Source of the DNA: Octopus sinensis
Taxonomy: Eukaryota
Reading direction: 5' to 3'
DNA: 64,000 bases
NCBI RefSeq assembly: GCF_006345805.1
Contig: NC_043002.1
Location: forward strand, 27,466,001-27,530,000
Part shown: in pieces, positions 25,301 through 37,900 of the stretch
Layout of the letters: each line of letters begins with the position of its first letter
How positions within the stretch are numbered: the stretch's first letter is position 1
Made by a program: the position numbers and the translations under genes
Notes under the pieces: model-generated
Told to the model about the DNA's origin: nothing
Seen by the model: only the letters and a program-made list of their open reading frames with translations
The model's database searches: none

Positions 25301-26314
25301 ACTCAACCACATTTATTGCGAAAAAGTGGCAATTTTTTCACATGCAAAATGCAATATTTATGCATAAAACGAAACACTGGAATACGTAAGGGAATTAATA
25401 TGAAGCGTGATATCGTAACAGGGTGCGTTCCAACATCTAAAGATGTTGACTATTTTGTAAGCGGTGGTGATGGCGCCAGCGGCAGTGTCGACAGTAACGG
25501 CGGTGGCAGAGGCTGTGGTGATAGCATAGCGGCGGCGGCAGTAGCGGTAGTGGAATGAGAGTTAAGGAGGGGTTAACAGATATCAACACTTATAACATCT
25601 ACATTAAGGGCGAAGAACTTACTAAAAATTGTTTGATTCTTATCGTTTTGCTGCTCGGCTTAGGAAGTAAATTCAATGTAAATCCCTCATGAACTTCTAT
25701 TACTTTTACTGAATAGGGTTGTTACCATAAAACCCCACCAAAAAAGTGCACACATTCCTCTATAATGTGTGCACTTTGATAACATTTGATAACATTCTTT
25801 GCAGACAGTTCATGTGTAACCGATGAAATTTTACCACTTTCACTTATATTATTAATATTGCTTTTATCCTAACAGCATCGGCAACAGATAATCCCTCTCT
25901 GTGGGCACTAGCAGCACAACAACAACGTTCTCTATAACTTCTTCAACCTCTACATTATTTGCAAATATCACAATATGTTTCGGAATGTTATGTGGTCTAT
26001 CAGCTTGTGGAAAAGTTTACAAGATTAACACAGGCAAAATTCTAATGAATAAATTATACGGAAATGTGGAAATATATGCTCTTTCTCTGTTTCCTCTTAT
26101 AGGACAAAAGATTTCTCAACATAGGAAAAAGAATTAGCCACTCACACACACATGCACACACATACACACATTCACACATACATACATCTATCTATGCATC
26201 TATGTACGTATGAATGATGTGTCTATGATGTATGCATATTCATATGTATAAAAATAGACAGATAGATATATACACAGATAGATAGACAGACAGACAGACA
26301 AATAGCTAGCTAGC

Positions 26315-26398
<84 letters not shown>

Positions 26399-26554
26399 CA
26401 GACATTTTTTGTAACCCAAGAAAAATTGACAAAAACGCGTAAGTTTTCGCAGTGAAATAATTCACCATATACTACGTTTGTTTTTTGTAGCCAAGCATAT
26501 AGAAACGTTTACACACACAAACTACACACAAGCGAACACACACACAAACATATA

Positions 26555-27150
26555 CAGTGTGCAAGGGGGTAAATTGCCGCCATTTTATATTTTAATTTCA
26601 CTCGAGCGCATTATTGTTTTTTGATTTTGTCGACCACACATCACAGTAGTGTCATTTGGGCAACGTCTGTGAGAAAAACAGCACCGTGATGCAATTTACT
26701 CAGCCAGAAATTTGGAAACGACATGTGGCATTCATGCCGGAAGCCCCCAATAACAACTCTATGTCTGCCAACATTACCATGCCACACGAGGAGGAGAACC
26801 CCATCATGGCTGTCAGGCAATTTCTGCAACCAAATCACCTCTAACATCTGGCCACCTAACTCTCCAGACTGCAACCCTCTTGATTACTATGTGTGGGGTG
26901 CAGTTGAGCGAGAGACCAAAAATGAACTGAAGGCAGGGATTATGGCAGCATTCACAAACTTAAACAAGGAGACCGTCCAGGAGAGCTGCAGGAGATTCCG
27001 AAGTCAGCTGGAGGTCGTGGTTGAAGCTAATGGCGATTTAATTGAAAATGTTTACTCTTTAGTATTTCAAGGTAATTTAATGTAATTTTGGTAAAATGAG
27101 ATGTCAGTGTTATTTTCATTTTTGCGTAATTTAGATGACAATATGTATGC
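26555..27150 (+). mobile_element. Internally deleted DD37D/maT-like Tc1/mariner element
   Basis: Starts TA|cagtgtgc. The ORF contains WLSGNF..WPPNSPDCNPLDYYVWGAVERET..CRRFRSQLEVVVEANGD. I found no matching right TIR. Confidence 0.8.
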
Positions 27151-27226
<76 letters not shown>

Positions 27227-27324
27227 TGGTATGTATATATAGAAATACATACATTCTTTTCTACATATATATATGTATATATATATATATTGATATGTAT
27301 ATATAGAAATACATATATTCTTTT

Positions 27325-27367
<43 letters not shown>

Positions 27368-28238
27368 CACAGGCGCACATACGCACGCGCACACTCACCC
27401 ACTCACCTGCACAGCCACACACACACACACACATATATATAATTCTAATTCTAGCTTTTAAAATTGTTAAATATACTTACGTACAACTGAGAATTGGTTT
27501 CTTAGCTAAGCAGAAATGGTAGACGACATTATTGAACTGTATCAGTGTTGTCGCAAAGAGGAAATTACAGACCGTTCACATACATGCTTGCGCGTGCGTG
27601 TGTGTGTGTGTGTGTGTGTTGGTGTGTGCGTGTGCTAGCGCGCATTATTTTCTGCATATGTGTCTTTCGAATATATATTGATATTTTATCGGAGGGAAGG
27701 GAGTTCCATAATGAGATCCAAGATTATTGAGATTGACGCCGTTGATATTGAAATAAATATTATAAAAGCAAAAAAAAAATAATATCATATATCACTCCGG
27801 TCGATATAATCGTCCGAACACTGGGAAACCAGGAAAATAGATTGAAGGAATAATGGAAAATACCAGATAAGTTTACAAAGCAATGTTTATACAGAAATGA
27901 AACACAAGAAAAAATATTATAAAGGAATCACATCTATTTACAAACGGAATTGTAACAAAATAATATTGATAAGCTATTTACTAAAAGTCTATATCTACAA
28001 GGTACAAAATATTGTGCTAAATTGTAGTTAAAATGTCTTAAATATATATCGATTGTTGTCATGCAGCCAGAATATGATTAATATTCTCATCAATTTCAGT
28101 TAAAGAAAGAAAATAATACTTTTTTTTTTGCGCGCGCACACCCACACAAACACACACACACACACACATATATATAAAGATAGAGAGGGCGTGATAGAGA
28201 GATGATAGATAGATATATAGATAAATAGATAGATAGAT

Positions 28239-28349
<111 letters not shown>

Positions 28350-28477
28350 TGTTTCTTTATTAGCCACACAGGGCTGCACACAGATAGAACAAATTACAAG
28401 GTAGAGCTTTTCTTTTGAAGGTTTAAAAAAAAAAAAAGAAAAAAGGAAGGGGGAGTTTCGATCAAAAGGGATCGTAA

Positions 28478-28570
<93 letters not shown>

Positions 28571-28571
28571 C

Positions 28572-28960
28572 TGGTATTTCTGAAGATATCTCTTCTAATA
28601 TTTGCCAATCTATTTACATCCAGGTTTGGTCTGCTAGCTGGATTCCGGCTCCTCCAAATCCTGTAGGAGTTGGCGCTGTTTCTCTTGGGTTGGCCTACTT
28701 AATTCAAACTAATAAGCATTTATTACTTCTTTATATTCTTCCCGGTTCCATTTCTTTTATTTTTTTTCTCGTCGTTGGGGTGGTGAACTTTGGGGGTTTA
28801 ATTTGGGACAAATCCCGTTTAAGTGACCTTCCAGGTTCGTATTCGAGGAAGATATTCTGCCATTTGAAAATGTTTCGCCATCAGACGGGCAGCTTCCTGA
28901 CGGGCGCGCTTCCTGAATAACCATTGGGCAAGCGATTCGGTGTACTGTTTGAAATTTTCT
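28572..28960 (-). mobile_element. RLE-type (R4/Dong-like) LINE 5'/N-terminal fragment
   Basis: Minus: KWNREEYKEVINAY*..YRIWRSRNP..RPNLDVNRLANIRRDIFRN resembles the N-terminus of such elements as I recall it. The fragment ends at a (GATA)n tract. Confidence 0.5.
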
Positions 28961-29035
28961 TTTCAACTAAAGTTAAATTATTATTATGTTTTCATTTTTA
29001 AAAAAATTATTTTTCACCACTATTATTATTATTAT

Positions 29036-29590
29036 TGAGTGAGAGAGCAGTTCATGCCATCAAGGCGACACTGGGGTAAAATATACGAAGCCCAATATAC
29101 CCATCATGACTACCCGTCTGATAAAGGTACACCAGGCACATGCATCACAACCATATGTGCGCGACATGGTGATCTCATATCAAGATAAACAGCACATGAC
29201 CTTGCAGGTGGGGCCCAGTTAGAATTTTCTTCAGGTTGAGTAGTCCATCCCGCTCAAACGGTCTCTGAATAAGGGTTGTTTAAGGATGTTGAAAGAACCA
29301 CCCATGTTTCCAGAGGCGAACTATTCAAACCCCAAAGAATCCCTCTCAACACATGGCTATGATGCTCCCCCACTACTTCTGCTTGTGATCAGAGATGCAC
29401 ATATCGTCAGCCACTAAGCGACATGCTCAACTGGTTAAGGTCAAACAACTGACAAGCAAATCTGTGGTATTGAGCAGAATATTTGCTGTAGCCCATCTTT
29501 TATACCAAGACAAAACAATGTACATGATAACACTTCCAATCAGTTAAGATCAGAAGCCATGAGAGCCACTGCCTGGTACTGCATCAGGGC

Positions 29591-29593
<3 letters not shown>
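29036..29593. mobile_element. Unclassified ~560-bp interspersed repeat flanked by (ATT)n, copy 1
   Basis: Colinear and end-to-end similar to 44586-45134, with the same termini and no meaningful ORF. Confidence 0.85.
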
Positions 29594-29666
<73 letters not shown>

Positions 29667-29667
<1 letters not shown>

Positions 29668-29875
29668 GGGCAGCAAGCTGGCAGAATCGTTAGCATGCCG
29701 GGCAAAATGCTTAGCGGTATTTCGTCTGTCCACATGTTCTGAGTTCAAATCCCGACGAGATCGACGTTGCTTTTCGTCATTTTAGGTTCGATAAAATAAG
29801 AACCAGTGAAACAATGGGATCCATGTAATCGATTATCATCGTCCCCCAAATTTCAGGGCTTATGCCTATAGTTCA
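29667..29875 (+). mobile_element. SINE family 1, near full length
   Basis: agctggcagaatcgttagcatgccgggc..ttctgagttcaaatccc (B-box)..tcgataaaataag.. It lies between (ATT)n tracts. Confidence 0.8.
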
Positions 29876-29880
29876 CTGGA

Positions 29881-29912
<32 letters not shown>

Positions 29913-29942
29913 GTTATTATCGTTATTATTGTTGTTATTATA

Positions 29943-29994
<52 letters not shown>

Positions 29995-30000
<6 letters not shown>

Positions 30001-30322
30001 CCGCCCTAGCGAAGGCGGAGGTATTGTTTTTCAGTCGTGTTTGATTGTTTGTTTGTCCGTGGACAAGATATCTCAAGAACCGCTGAATGGATTCAAATGA
30101 AACTTTCAGGGATGTTTGGCATCTTGACTGGCATGAACTGCTTAGAATTTGGGATCGATCTGATATCGGACAAGGATTCTGGATTATTTTTCGTTTTGTT
30201 TTTTACTGAATTTTTCGAAAGCGGCCGGGTTCATTTTTAATATTTTAAAAATAATCACCGGGGAATCGTTAAAGGGACGTTGGTGTTGCCCTGGTGGAGG
30301 TTTGTGCTCTCGTAGGGCTATT
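29995..30322 (+). mobile_element. Helentron-associated non-autonomous element (HINE/DINE-1-like)
   Basis: 5' hairpin ccgccctagcgaaggcgg followed by aggt, a short (tgtt)n stretch, ..gaatggattcaaatgaaactttcagg.., and a 3' subterminal ggtggagg followed by gtgctctc. Confidence 0.6.
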
Positions 30323-30328
30323 ATTATG

Positions 30329-30381
<53 letters not shown>

Positions 30382-30383
<2 letters not shown>

Positions 30384-31180
30384 GAAAACTCGGTTTATTT
30401 TGCTCGGTATGATGGAAAGTAACAGCTGTCAACAGCCAACATACTAAGGTGACACTTGTTTACTGATCATGCTTCAAGAATCCTGCCAAGAATTCTAGCA
30501 GTTCCAAGCAATGCTGATTTTTTTAGGTGTTCTACCTTCACACTAGCACCAATTTTTTTCAGCCATTTTAGTAGTTGCATGCTGATACTTCCAAGTGCAC
30601 CAATTAGTATTGGTATCACGTCTACTCTCTTAATTGACCACAACCTCCATATTTCCCACTTCAATTGGTCATAGTTATTTATTTTTACTTCTTCTTTCAC
30701 GTTGATGCTATGTCGAGTATCATTTATGTTGTTTTTTTGTTGACCACAACAATGTCCTGTTTCCGATGTTTGGTCAGGTGATCGCACTGGTCATTGCATC
30801 CCACAGGATTTTGCAGTTCTCGGTGATTCCTTCTAGAGTATTCTCACACCTCGTCTTTTCTCTTTGTAGGCCGTGATTTCCACAGAACTCCCAAGGGATA
30901 ATTTTTGTACCAATTTCAAGTATTCGTTATCAATGTGCCATACCGTTTCACTCCTCTCACCACACATTCTGCATTCATCGCTGTAGGTAGAGTTGTCTAT
31001 TCTGCAATTCATTTAGTTGATCCTTAACGCTTGTCACTGAGCTGCGCATATGAGAGGTTTTCTCTCTATTTTCAGGTCACTCTTCCTTATCCATGGTCAC
31101 CGGTCCTTTGTATCTGTCATGGCGTTCACATCTCTTGCAGAATGACCGTACATTTCCTTTTTCTTTCTTGCATTTTCTTT
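30382..31180 (-). mobile_element. RLE-type (R4/Dong-like) LINE 3' fragment, subfamily D
   Basis: Minus: CRMCGERSET zinc-knuckle start, ILWD, and ..YDQLKWEIWRLWSIKRVDVIPILIGALG..KSALLGTARILGRIL. It has (ATT)n on both sides, and its 3' UTR matches 53390. Confidence 0.85.
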
Positions 31181-31217
31181 TATTACTTTTTGTTCATTTT
31201 TATTATTATTATTATTA

Positions 31218-31253
<36 letters not shown>

Positions 31254-31479
31254 GTTTTTATTCTTCATTCGATTTTGTTTCCATTTGTTAATTGTGTTTG
31301 TCGGCACGTGGAACAAAAATACTCACTATATACACTGATAGGCTATCAAAATAAACACAGCAGATTGTTCATATATAAAATCAAATAAAGTTATACAGAA
31401 AAAAAATCTCTTGCAAGGAAGGTTATCACTTTCACAGTGACTCTTCTCAATACATGTAGCATAGCAGATAAAACGATCT

Positions 31480-31760
31480 TTTGCACTTCTTGCAGAGATG
31501 TTAAGCCAGGTGACATTCTCAAGTAATTTTCAATTCATTTTCTATAGTTTGTAGTGTTCTTATCCACTGGTTTCGTAATCACCTTGAGATGCCACATTTT
31601 TTGTTTGATTTCAACGATTAAGTCTTTATATTTTCTGAGCTTGTCAAATTATTTTGTTGAGATAGGGGAATACTCATATCGGTCAATAAACAGACATTTT
31701 TATTTTGATCTTTTGCAACAATATGCGGTTTATTAGCTTTGATATTTCCGTCAGTATGTA
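31480..31760 (-). mobile_element. RLE-type LINE endonuclease fragment
   Basis: Minus: HTDGNIKANKPHIVAKDQNKNVCLLTDMSIP..KYKDL..KMWHLK. It abuts an (ATT/GTT)n tract. Confidence 0.65.
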
Positions 31761-32069
31761 GAGGAATTATCATCACCATTGTTGTTATTATTATTATTAT
31801 TGTTGTTGTTTTTGTTTTTGTTGTTGTTGTTGTTAGTGTTATTACTATTATATTTTTTCTTCAAATTTTCTTCCATTTCTCGCCGAGTGTTTTCCGTACA
31901 TCTTGGGCAGAGAAGTTCATTGTATGCATTCCCAGATTACACACGCAAATTCACAGGTAAAGTATGTATTTAAAAAAATTGATAAATAAATAAATTAATG
32001 AATGCATGTTTTCCCAGCGATGATGCTCTTCTCATTATTATTATTATTATTGTTGTCGTTGTTGTTGTT

Positions 32070-32240
32070 GTCATTATTTTCTTTGCACAGCGTCTAACGC
32101 AGGAGATGTACTGCGATGTCAGCTGTTCATTACCAGTGAACTAAAGTAACACCTCTTATTTTCGGAGCAACTTCTCGTTTATTCGAGCGGTTCCAAGTAG
32201 TGATGTTTTCTGCAAGTGCTCCACCTTTATTGCAGCCCTC
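32070..32240 (-). mobile_element. RLE-type LINE 3' terminus, subfamily C
   Basis: Matches 10190-10350 (tctttgcacagc..cagctgttca..ccagtgaactaa..gcggttccaag). Confidence 0.8.
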
Positions 32241-32244
32241 TTTC

Positions 32245-32540
32245 TTTATTTTGTCGAACCGCTAAGTTACGCTGACGTAAACACACCAGACACACAATCA
32301 TATACACACACATCATACATACATACATACATACATACATACATACATGCATACATACATATATATAGATATATATATAGATATATACGAAGGGCTTCTT
32401 TCAGTTTCCGTCTACTAAATCCACTCATAAGTCTTTGTTTGGCCCGAGGCTACAGTAGAAGACACTTGCCCAAGGTGCCACGCAGTGGGAATGAACCCGG
32501 AACCATGTGGTTGGTAAGCAAGCTACTTTCCATATAGCCT
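32245..32540 (-). mobile_element. SINE family 4 with internal (TACA)n
   Basis: gaagacacttgcccaaggtgccacgcagtggga.tgaacccggaaccatgtggttggtaagcaagct is the reverse complement of the head and core. Confidence 0.85.
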
Positions 32541-32645
32541 CTCCTACGACTTCGTATGTTCGATGTATTTTTCAAGATTTTTACTCACTTTTCCCTAAGC
32601 TCCTACACACGTTCACACACACGCACATCGGCAACATTCATCGAT

Positions 32646-32681
32646 TTCTTGAAAATGGGGTCATAACCCCGAAACATTGAA
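32646..32681 (+). ncRNA. Decayed minimal hammerhead-like motif (family D unit ~32560-32815, ending at (TA)n)
   Basis: TTC TTGAAAA T GGGG tcataa CCCC GAA AC AT T GAA. Stem I is TTC/GAA and stem II is GGGG/CCCC. The core differs from CTGAAGA/ACGT by three transitions. Confidence 0.45.
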
Positions 32682-32811
32682 TACGAGGTAAGTCTACATT
32701 AATTCATATAGTTGTTTTCTTGTGATTTACCTTGCATTTGCTTCACATTGTTTTGGCCTAACCCACCATCCTTATACAATATATTCTACACAATGCGTCA
32801 TAGTAATTATT

Positions 32812-32864
<53 letters not shown>

Positions 32865-33057
32865 TACATATACATATACATATACATATATATATACATA
32901 TATATATATATATAAATATACATATATATATACATATATATATATATATAAATATACATATACATATATATACATATATATATATATATAATATATATAT
33001 ATATATAAATATACATATACATATACTATACATATACATATATATATACACATATAT

Positions 33058-33102
<45 letters not shown>

Positions 33103-33106
<4 letters not shown>

Positions 33107-33315
33107 CGGGAAGCTTTATGAAATTAAACAAAACACGAAGGCAGGTGGAATACAAACAAACAATTGTATTAGTATGGCGCTCAGGAATATAAATAAAACA
33201 AGTCTTTTACGTTTCGAGCCTACGCTCTTCAACAGAAAGATACACAGAAAAGAAACACGGAGAGAAACAAGGAGAGAAAAAATGCGTGCAGAAGCTAGCG
33301 AATCAACATGGCGAT
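33103..33315 (-). mobile_element. Hammerhead-bearing mini-element family A, copy 3 (HHR at 33203-33240, GUA triplet)
   Basis: Reverse complement of 3795-4010, with (TA)n on both sides. Confidence 0.8.
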
Positions 33316-33327
33316 ACCATATATATA

Positions 33328-33392
<65 letters not shown>

Positions 33393-34824
33393 CACATATA
33401 TTTATACATGTGAACTTGGTTATTAGGATTCCTTAAGAATCAGGGCACATTAACATGTAAGGCGTCACAAAATATCTAGGTACAAACACATAGAGCTCAC
33501 AATGAAATAAACAACATTGTTTGACTTCAGTTGCTGAGAGGATTCCGTAAATATGCAAGTACTAATTCAAATATGTAACCATCGACTGCTGGTGTGGCGT
33601 AGGCATAAATTAGTAATCACAAATGGTGCTTGAAATTTACGACGGCTGTCTCGATAGAATTAGCTAATGTAGTCTTAAATGTTTACATTATAATATATTC
33701 GCCATGAGATATAAATTTTAAATATGTCACATAAAAAGTGTACCTAAAAGCAGTCAACAATTATTGCGCTAATGTTGCTTTCAAACAAATAAATAAATAA
33801 TTCATCTTACTTAATTTATGGTTCAACTTAGACAGGAAAATAATCTGGTATTTCTATAGATACAGTCGTGTCTGGGAGTATAATTAAAAAGATACCAAAT
33901 ACGTGTCAGACTTACCATCAGATAAAAGAGACAAGGAAAATGTTTAAGGATTTCACTGACCACCAACGAATTTCACACTCCCACAGTCATATGTACGTGC
34001 AACAGATGCACGCATAAATATGCATTTGCACACATACACACAGATCACAGTACATATAAGCACAAACTGACATAAGAAGCTGAGAAAAATTATATTCAGA
34101 AAACATAACCTGAGAGAACAAACAATGTAATGTTCCATATCTATATATGTCAGTAGGTACGCTTGCACGCGTGTATGTATATAATATAGTCGTGTGCAAG
34201 TTGTACTTCTCTTTTTACATAATTTGAATAAAAAGAATTAGATCGATTTATAGAGAAAGCTAAGTTTTCTTATAAAGTTGAACCTCGTGAAAGCACATTT
34301 CATACAGGCCCGGTCATCTTAAATAAATTAGCGTGCATCTCAGAGTACGTAAACTAAAAGAGTAAAAATTATTGAACGTTTGAATTTTTTGAGATTTTCG
34401 ATGGCAAACATTTTGGGTGGGCGAAGGGTTGAAAGCTTCGATCGATACAAAGAAACGTAATTGATGTGTTAAACAAAGATAATTGACATACCTGGGTTAA
34501 AATTTGAAACGAATTATCTGGTCTTTAAACATATAAGAAAAGAAATAAAGAAATTACTAGAATTAATACAACAATATGTATGAGAGCGGTCTAGATGGTG
34601 ATGACTTAAACTAAGATAATTGAGAGATACGATTGTAGGAAAGGATTTTCGGTAAACTTTGAAAAGAAACAGGTGTGGAAATATAAACTCTAAAGATGTG
34701 ATGATAAATTGCAGTACAACTAAAAAAAAACAAAACAAAAATATCAGCCAATAGAATACAGGCAAGTACTGTCGTAGAGAGATTTTGTTCGTTCATTAAT
34801 AGCTGGTGAAGGAATGTGGCCAAG

Positions 34825-35100
34825 TGTTTAGGAAGATGTTATCACGACTACAAGTTTCTTGTTTCGATTCCTACCTAGATCGGTGGTGCGCTGTGTTTTT
34901 GAATAAAACACTTCGTTTCACGTTGCTCCTGTTCAATCAGCTATAAATAAGTAACCGTGGGAGGGACCAACTTTTTACTCAGAGGGAATGTTGGCCTGCC
35001 AACCTACCCAGTGGTATGACGTCATTCGAAAGCTAAAACAATGCGAGGAAGTGCCTTGTTACCAGCAGTGTATAACAACGTCCAATAATTTGGCCGGTAC
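34825..35100 (+). mobile_element. Degenerate SINE with a family-3-like 5' half and a family-2-like 3' half
   Basis: tttcacgttgctcctgttcaatcagct (family 3) is followed by gttggcctgcc..gacgtcattcgaaagctaaaacaatgcg (family 2). Confidence 0.55.
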
Positions 35101-35418
35101 AAAGACACAGTAATATATTGCTCGTTTCGAATTTGAAAGTTGAGAAATTTGCAGAAGCTAATGGTAACAGAGGTACTCAGATGAAATGCTGCTTGTCTGA
35201 GGAAGTTCTAGAAGAATCAAAATAGCAAAACCAACGTTTAATGAAAATGCCAAAGGGAGTTAGGGCACGTAAGAGGAAGTAATTTCATTTCTGTAACTTA
35301 TTATGTATATAGCAACTACTGCCTAATAATGTTCGTAAATTTTGTTAATGAATGAGCTCAACACGGCGTTAAGATTAAAGACCACAACAGTAGTAGACAT
35401 GTAATACAATTTGTGAAG

Positions 35419-35564
<146 letters not shown>

Positions 35565-35575
35565 GTATGTATACA

Positions 35576-36200
35576 CACAAGGTCAGATGAATAACTATCC
35601 GGACTTTTGCCATTATAACGAAGCTAAAGCATACAGTTTGAAACCGCTTGGTACATATTGACCTCGACCTCAGCTGTACATGCGTTTTAACGTTTTAACG
35701 TTCTAGCTCACTTCCACTGTTTACAGCAGTGCATGGAAGCAAGTTGCGTAGCGTTTGATCGTTGCATTGACCATGACAGAGAAGGTTATCATGGCCATAC
35801 CTTCTCAGAGCCCTAGGCAATGTTGCACAAAATGTATGGAGAGGTGTGTATGAGCCGCACACAAGTGTACGAGTGGTTCAGACGTTTGCAAGATGGCTGA
35901 AAAATGTCGATAGTGACCAAAGTTCTAGGAAATCCGCAACCAGAAGAACTGAGAAAAACATCGCATATGTGCGTGCAGCTGTGAGGAGAAATCGTCGAAT
36001 CACTAACCTTGAGTTGGTAGAAGATGTGCAGACTAGTTACGCTTCTGTTCCGTCTATTATCACTGAAGATTTTTGTATGAGACGCATGTCTGCCAAGTTT
36101 GTACCCTAGCTTCTTTCAGCTGACCAAAATGACATTGGGATTTCAGTTGTACAAGATCTTCTTGATTGTGTCGAGAATGATGAAATCTTTTTGAAAACAT
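35576..36200 (+). mobile_element. Mariner 5' fragment (left end plus transposase N-terminal third)
   Basis: ..MSRTQVYEWFRR..D..RNRRIT..MRRMSAKFVP*LL..DLLDCVENDEIFLKT (HTH and WVPxxL-like motif). Confidence 0.8.
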
Positions 36201-36275
36201 TGCGTAGGTCCCTGAACAGGTATCGCCAAGCTTTTGGCAAAATTTGATGCAGATTCTCTGCCCAAATTTCCGAAT
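36200..36275 (-). mobile_element. Inverted mariner N-terminal sliver
   Basis: Minus: QRICIKFCQKLGDTCSGTYA. Confidence 0.7.
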
Positions 36276-36772
36276 GCAGGTGTCGATGAGTGGTTGACTG
36301 ACCAAATCCAATCTTCTCTGGTAGTATCTCAGCAATTACGATGAGATTTTGTTCCACCAGGGTTTGCAGGGGGGCCGCGTCGAGCTCTATAGACCTTCTA
36401 GGACTAGGCTCGTCTTCTAGGCTGTAGCTTTCAGCTCGGAATTTCTGGAACCACCCTTGTCACTGGCTTACGCTTGTCGTCCGATCCACATACTGCATTA
36501 ATATTCCTCGCACTTTCCGTTGAGTTGTTGCCTTTATTGAACTCATAAAGCGAAATATGACGAATATGTTCCTTTGCCACTTTCCTTATAGCTTTGAAAA
36601 AATAACTGTTAAAATCGAACTGCACTCTTCAAAACGTACACTAAGAATAAATACAAGCTAAAATTACTACCTGCTTGTATAGCAAGATGATTCAGGTTGT
36701 TTATCTCGCCCCCTCCGATTATTGGTACATGCAATGGTAAAAACCGCATTATTCATGGGATGACGCACATAA
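36275..36772 (-). mobile_element. Mariner 5' fragment of a second subfamily
   Basis: Minus: TIR-like ..gtcatcccatgaataatgcggttttt, then KEHIRHISLYEFNKGNNSTESARNINAV..WFQKFR..SLEDEP..TTHRHLH. Confidence 0.8.
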
Positions 36773-36953
36773 TGAGTGTTTGTGTGCATGCTTCTATACA
36801 ATGCGAAGCAGTTACTAAAAGGTATTGAGTTTTGTGTCAAAGAACTCATTGAACATAGTTTTTGTTCACTAGTCTTTAATGTCTTTGCCATCATTAACAT
36901 ATGCACTCAGTTAGCATGTATAATCATACATACGCACATAGATGTATGTTATG

Positions 36954-37000
<47 letters not shown>

Positions 37001-37510
37001 GTCTATATGTGTGTGTGGGCGTGCGCACTTATGGTGGCAAGTAGTAGTGGTGATACATATCACTTAAGCTTTGCAAGTTCGTTAGGCAGACTCAGAAATA
37101 TTCATTGATATCTATGTAAATGTAAATTCACACATTAATACGGTTTTAAGCTTAAGCCAAATATAAGAGAGGAATGATTAGAGCCAATTTATTGTTTCTG
37201 TATAAATTTGTCTTCGTATAAATGGCATAAGCGTTAATATCATAATGTCTATAAAATCTTGTACAACCGATTAATACCTGTGAGAAAATTTCATAAATTG
37301 CCAGAGTGATTAATAGTGGAGAATATGTCGGTTAATAGAGATAAACAAAATTGAAACACTATAATTATCTGCTAGAAATTATTAAATATTAAGTATACAG
37401 GACTGGCTACGTAGTAAAGAAGTCGTATATATATGGTTCTCTGCTGAAGACTTTCTTGCAACTACAAAACTTTGCGTTCAATTTTACTGCATGTCTTATT
37501 TGGCCTCTAT

Positions 37511-37703
37511 ATTGGTTCCAAATGTTGGCACAAGGTCAACAGTTTGGAGGAGGAGCTAAATCGGTTACATCACCCCCTATGCTTAATTGGTACTTATTTT
37601 CTCGACCGTGAATGGATGCATGGCCAAGTTGACCACGGCGTAATTTGAAGGTAGACCGTAAAGAGGGATAAAATGCCTGTAGTGTTAGCGATTCTGCCAG
37701 CTC
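37511..37703 (-). mobile_element. SINE family 1
   Basis: Body plus head (gattctgccagctc). Confidence 0.75.
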
Positions 37704-37724
37704 ACCGTATTATTTGGCCGGAGT

Positions 37725-37900
37725 ATTGGTTTCAAATGTTGGTACAAGGCCAGTAATTTCTGGCGATGTGACGTTCATCTGGTACTTATTTTACCGACTT
37801 CGACAGGATGAAAGGCAAAATCACCTTGTAGTATTTGAACTTAGAACGTAAGGTGGGAAGAATCGCCGCTAAGCATTTTTCCGCTGTGCCAGTGTGCCGC
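37725..37900 (-). mobile_element. SINE family 1, tandem neighbour
   Basis: Same orientation and start as 37511-37703. Confidence 0.7.

Noticed and set aside
27680-27880. APE endonuclease fragment (GRYNRPNT resembling vYRPP)
   Set aside because: A single weak motif is insufficient support.
28868-28915. Hammerhead-like text on the minus strand (ctgatggcgaaac)
   Set aside because: The core is incomplete and it is better explained as the LINE N-terminal coding sequence.
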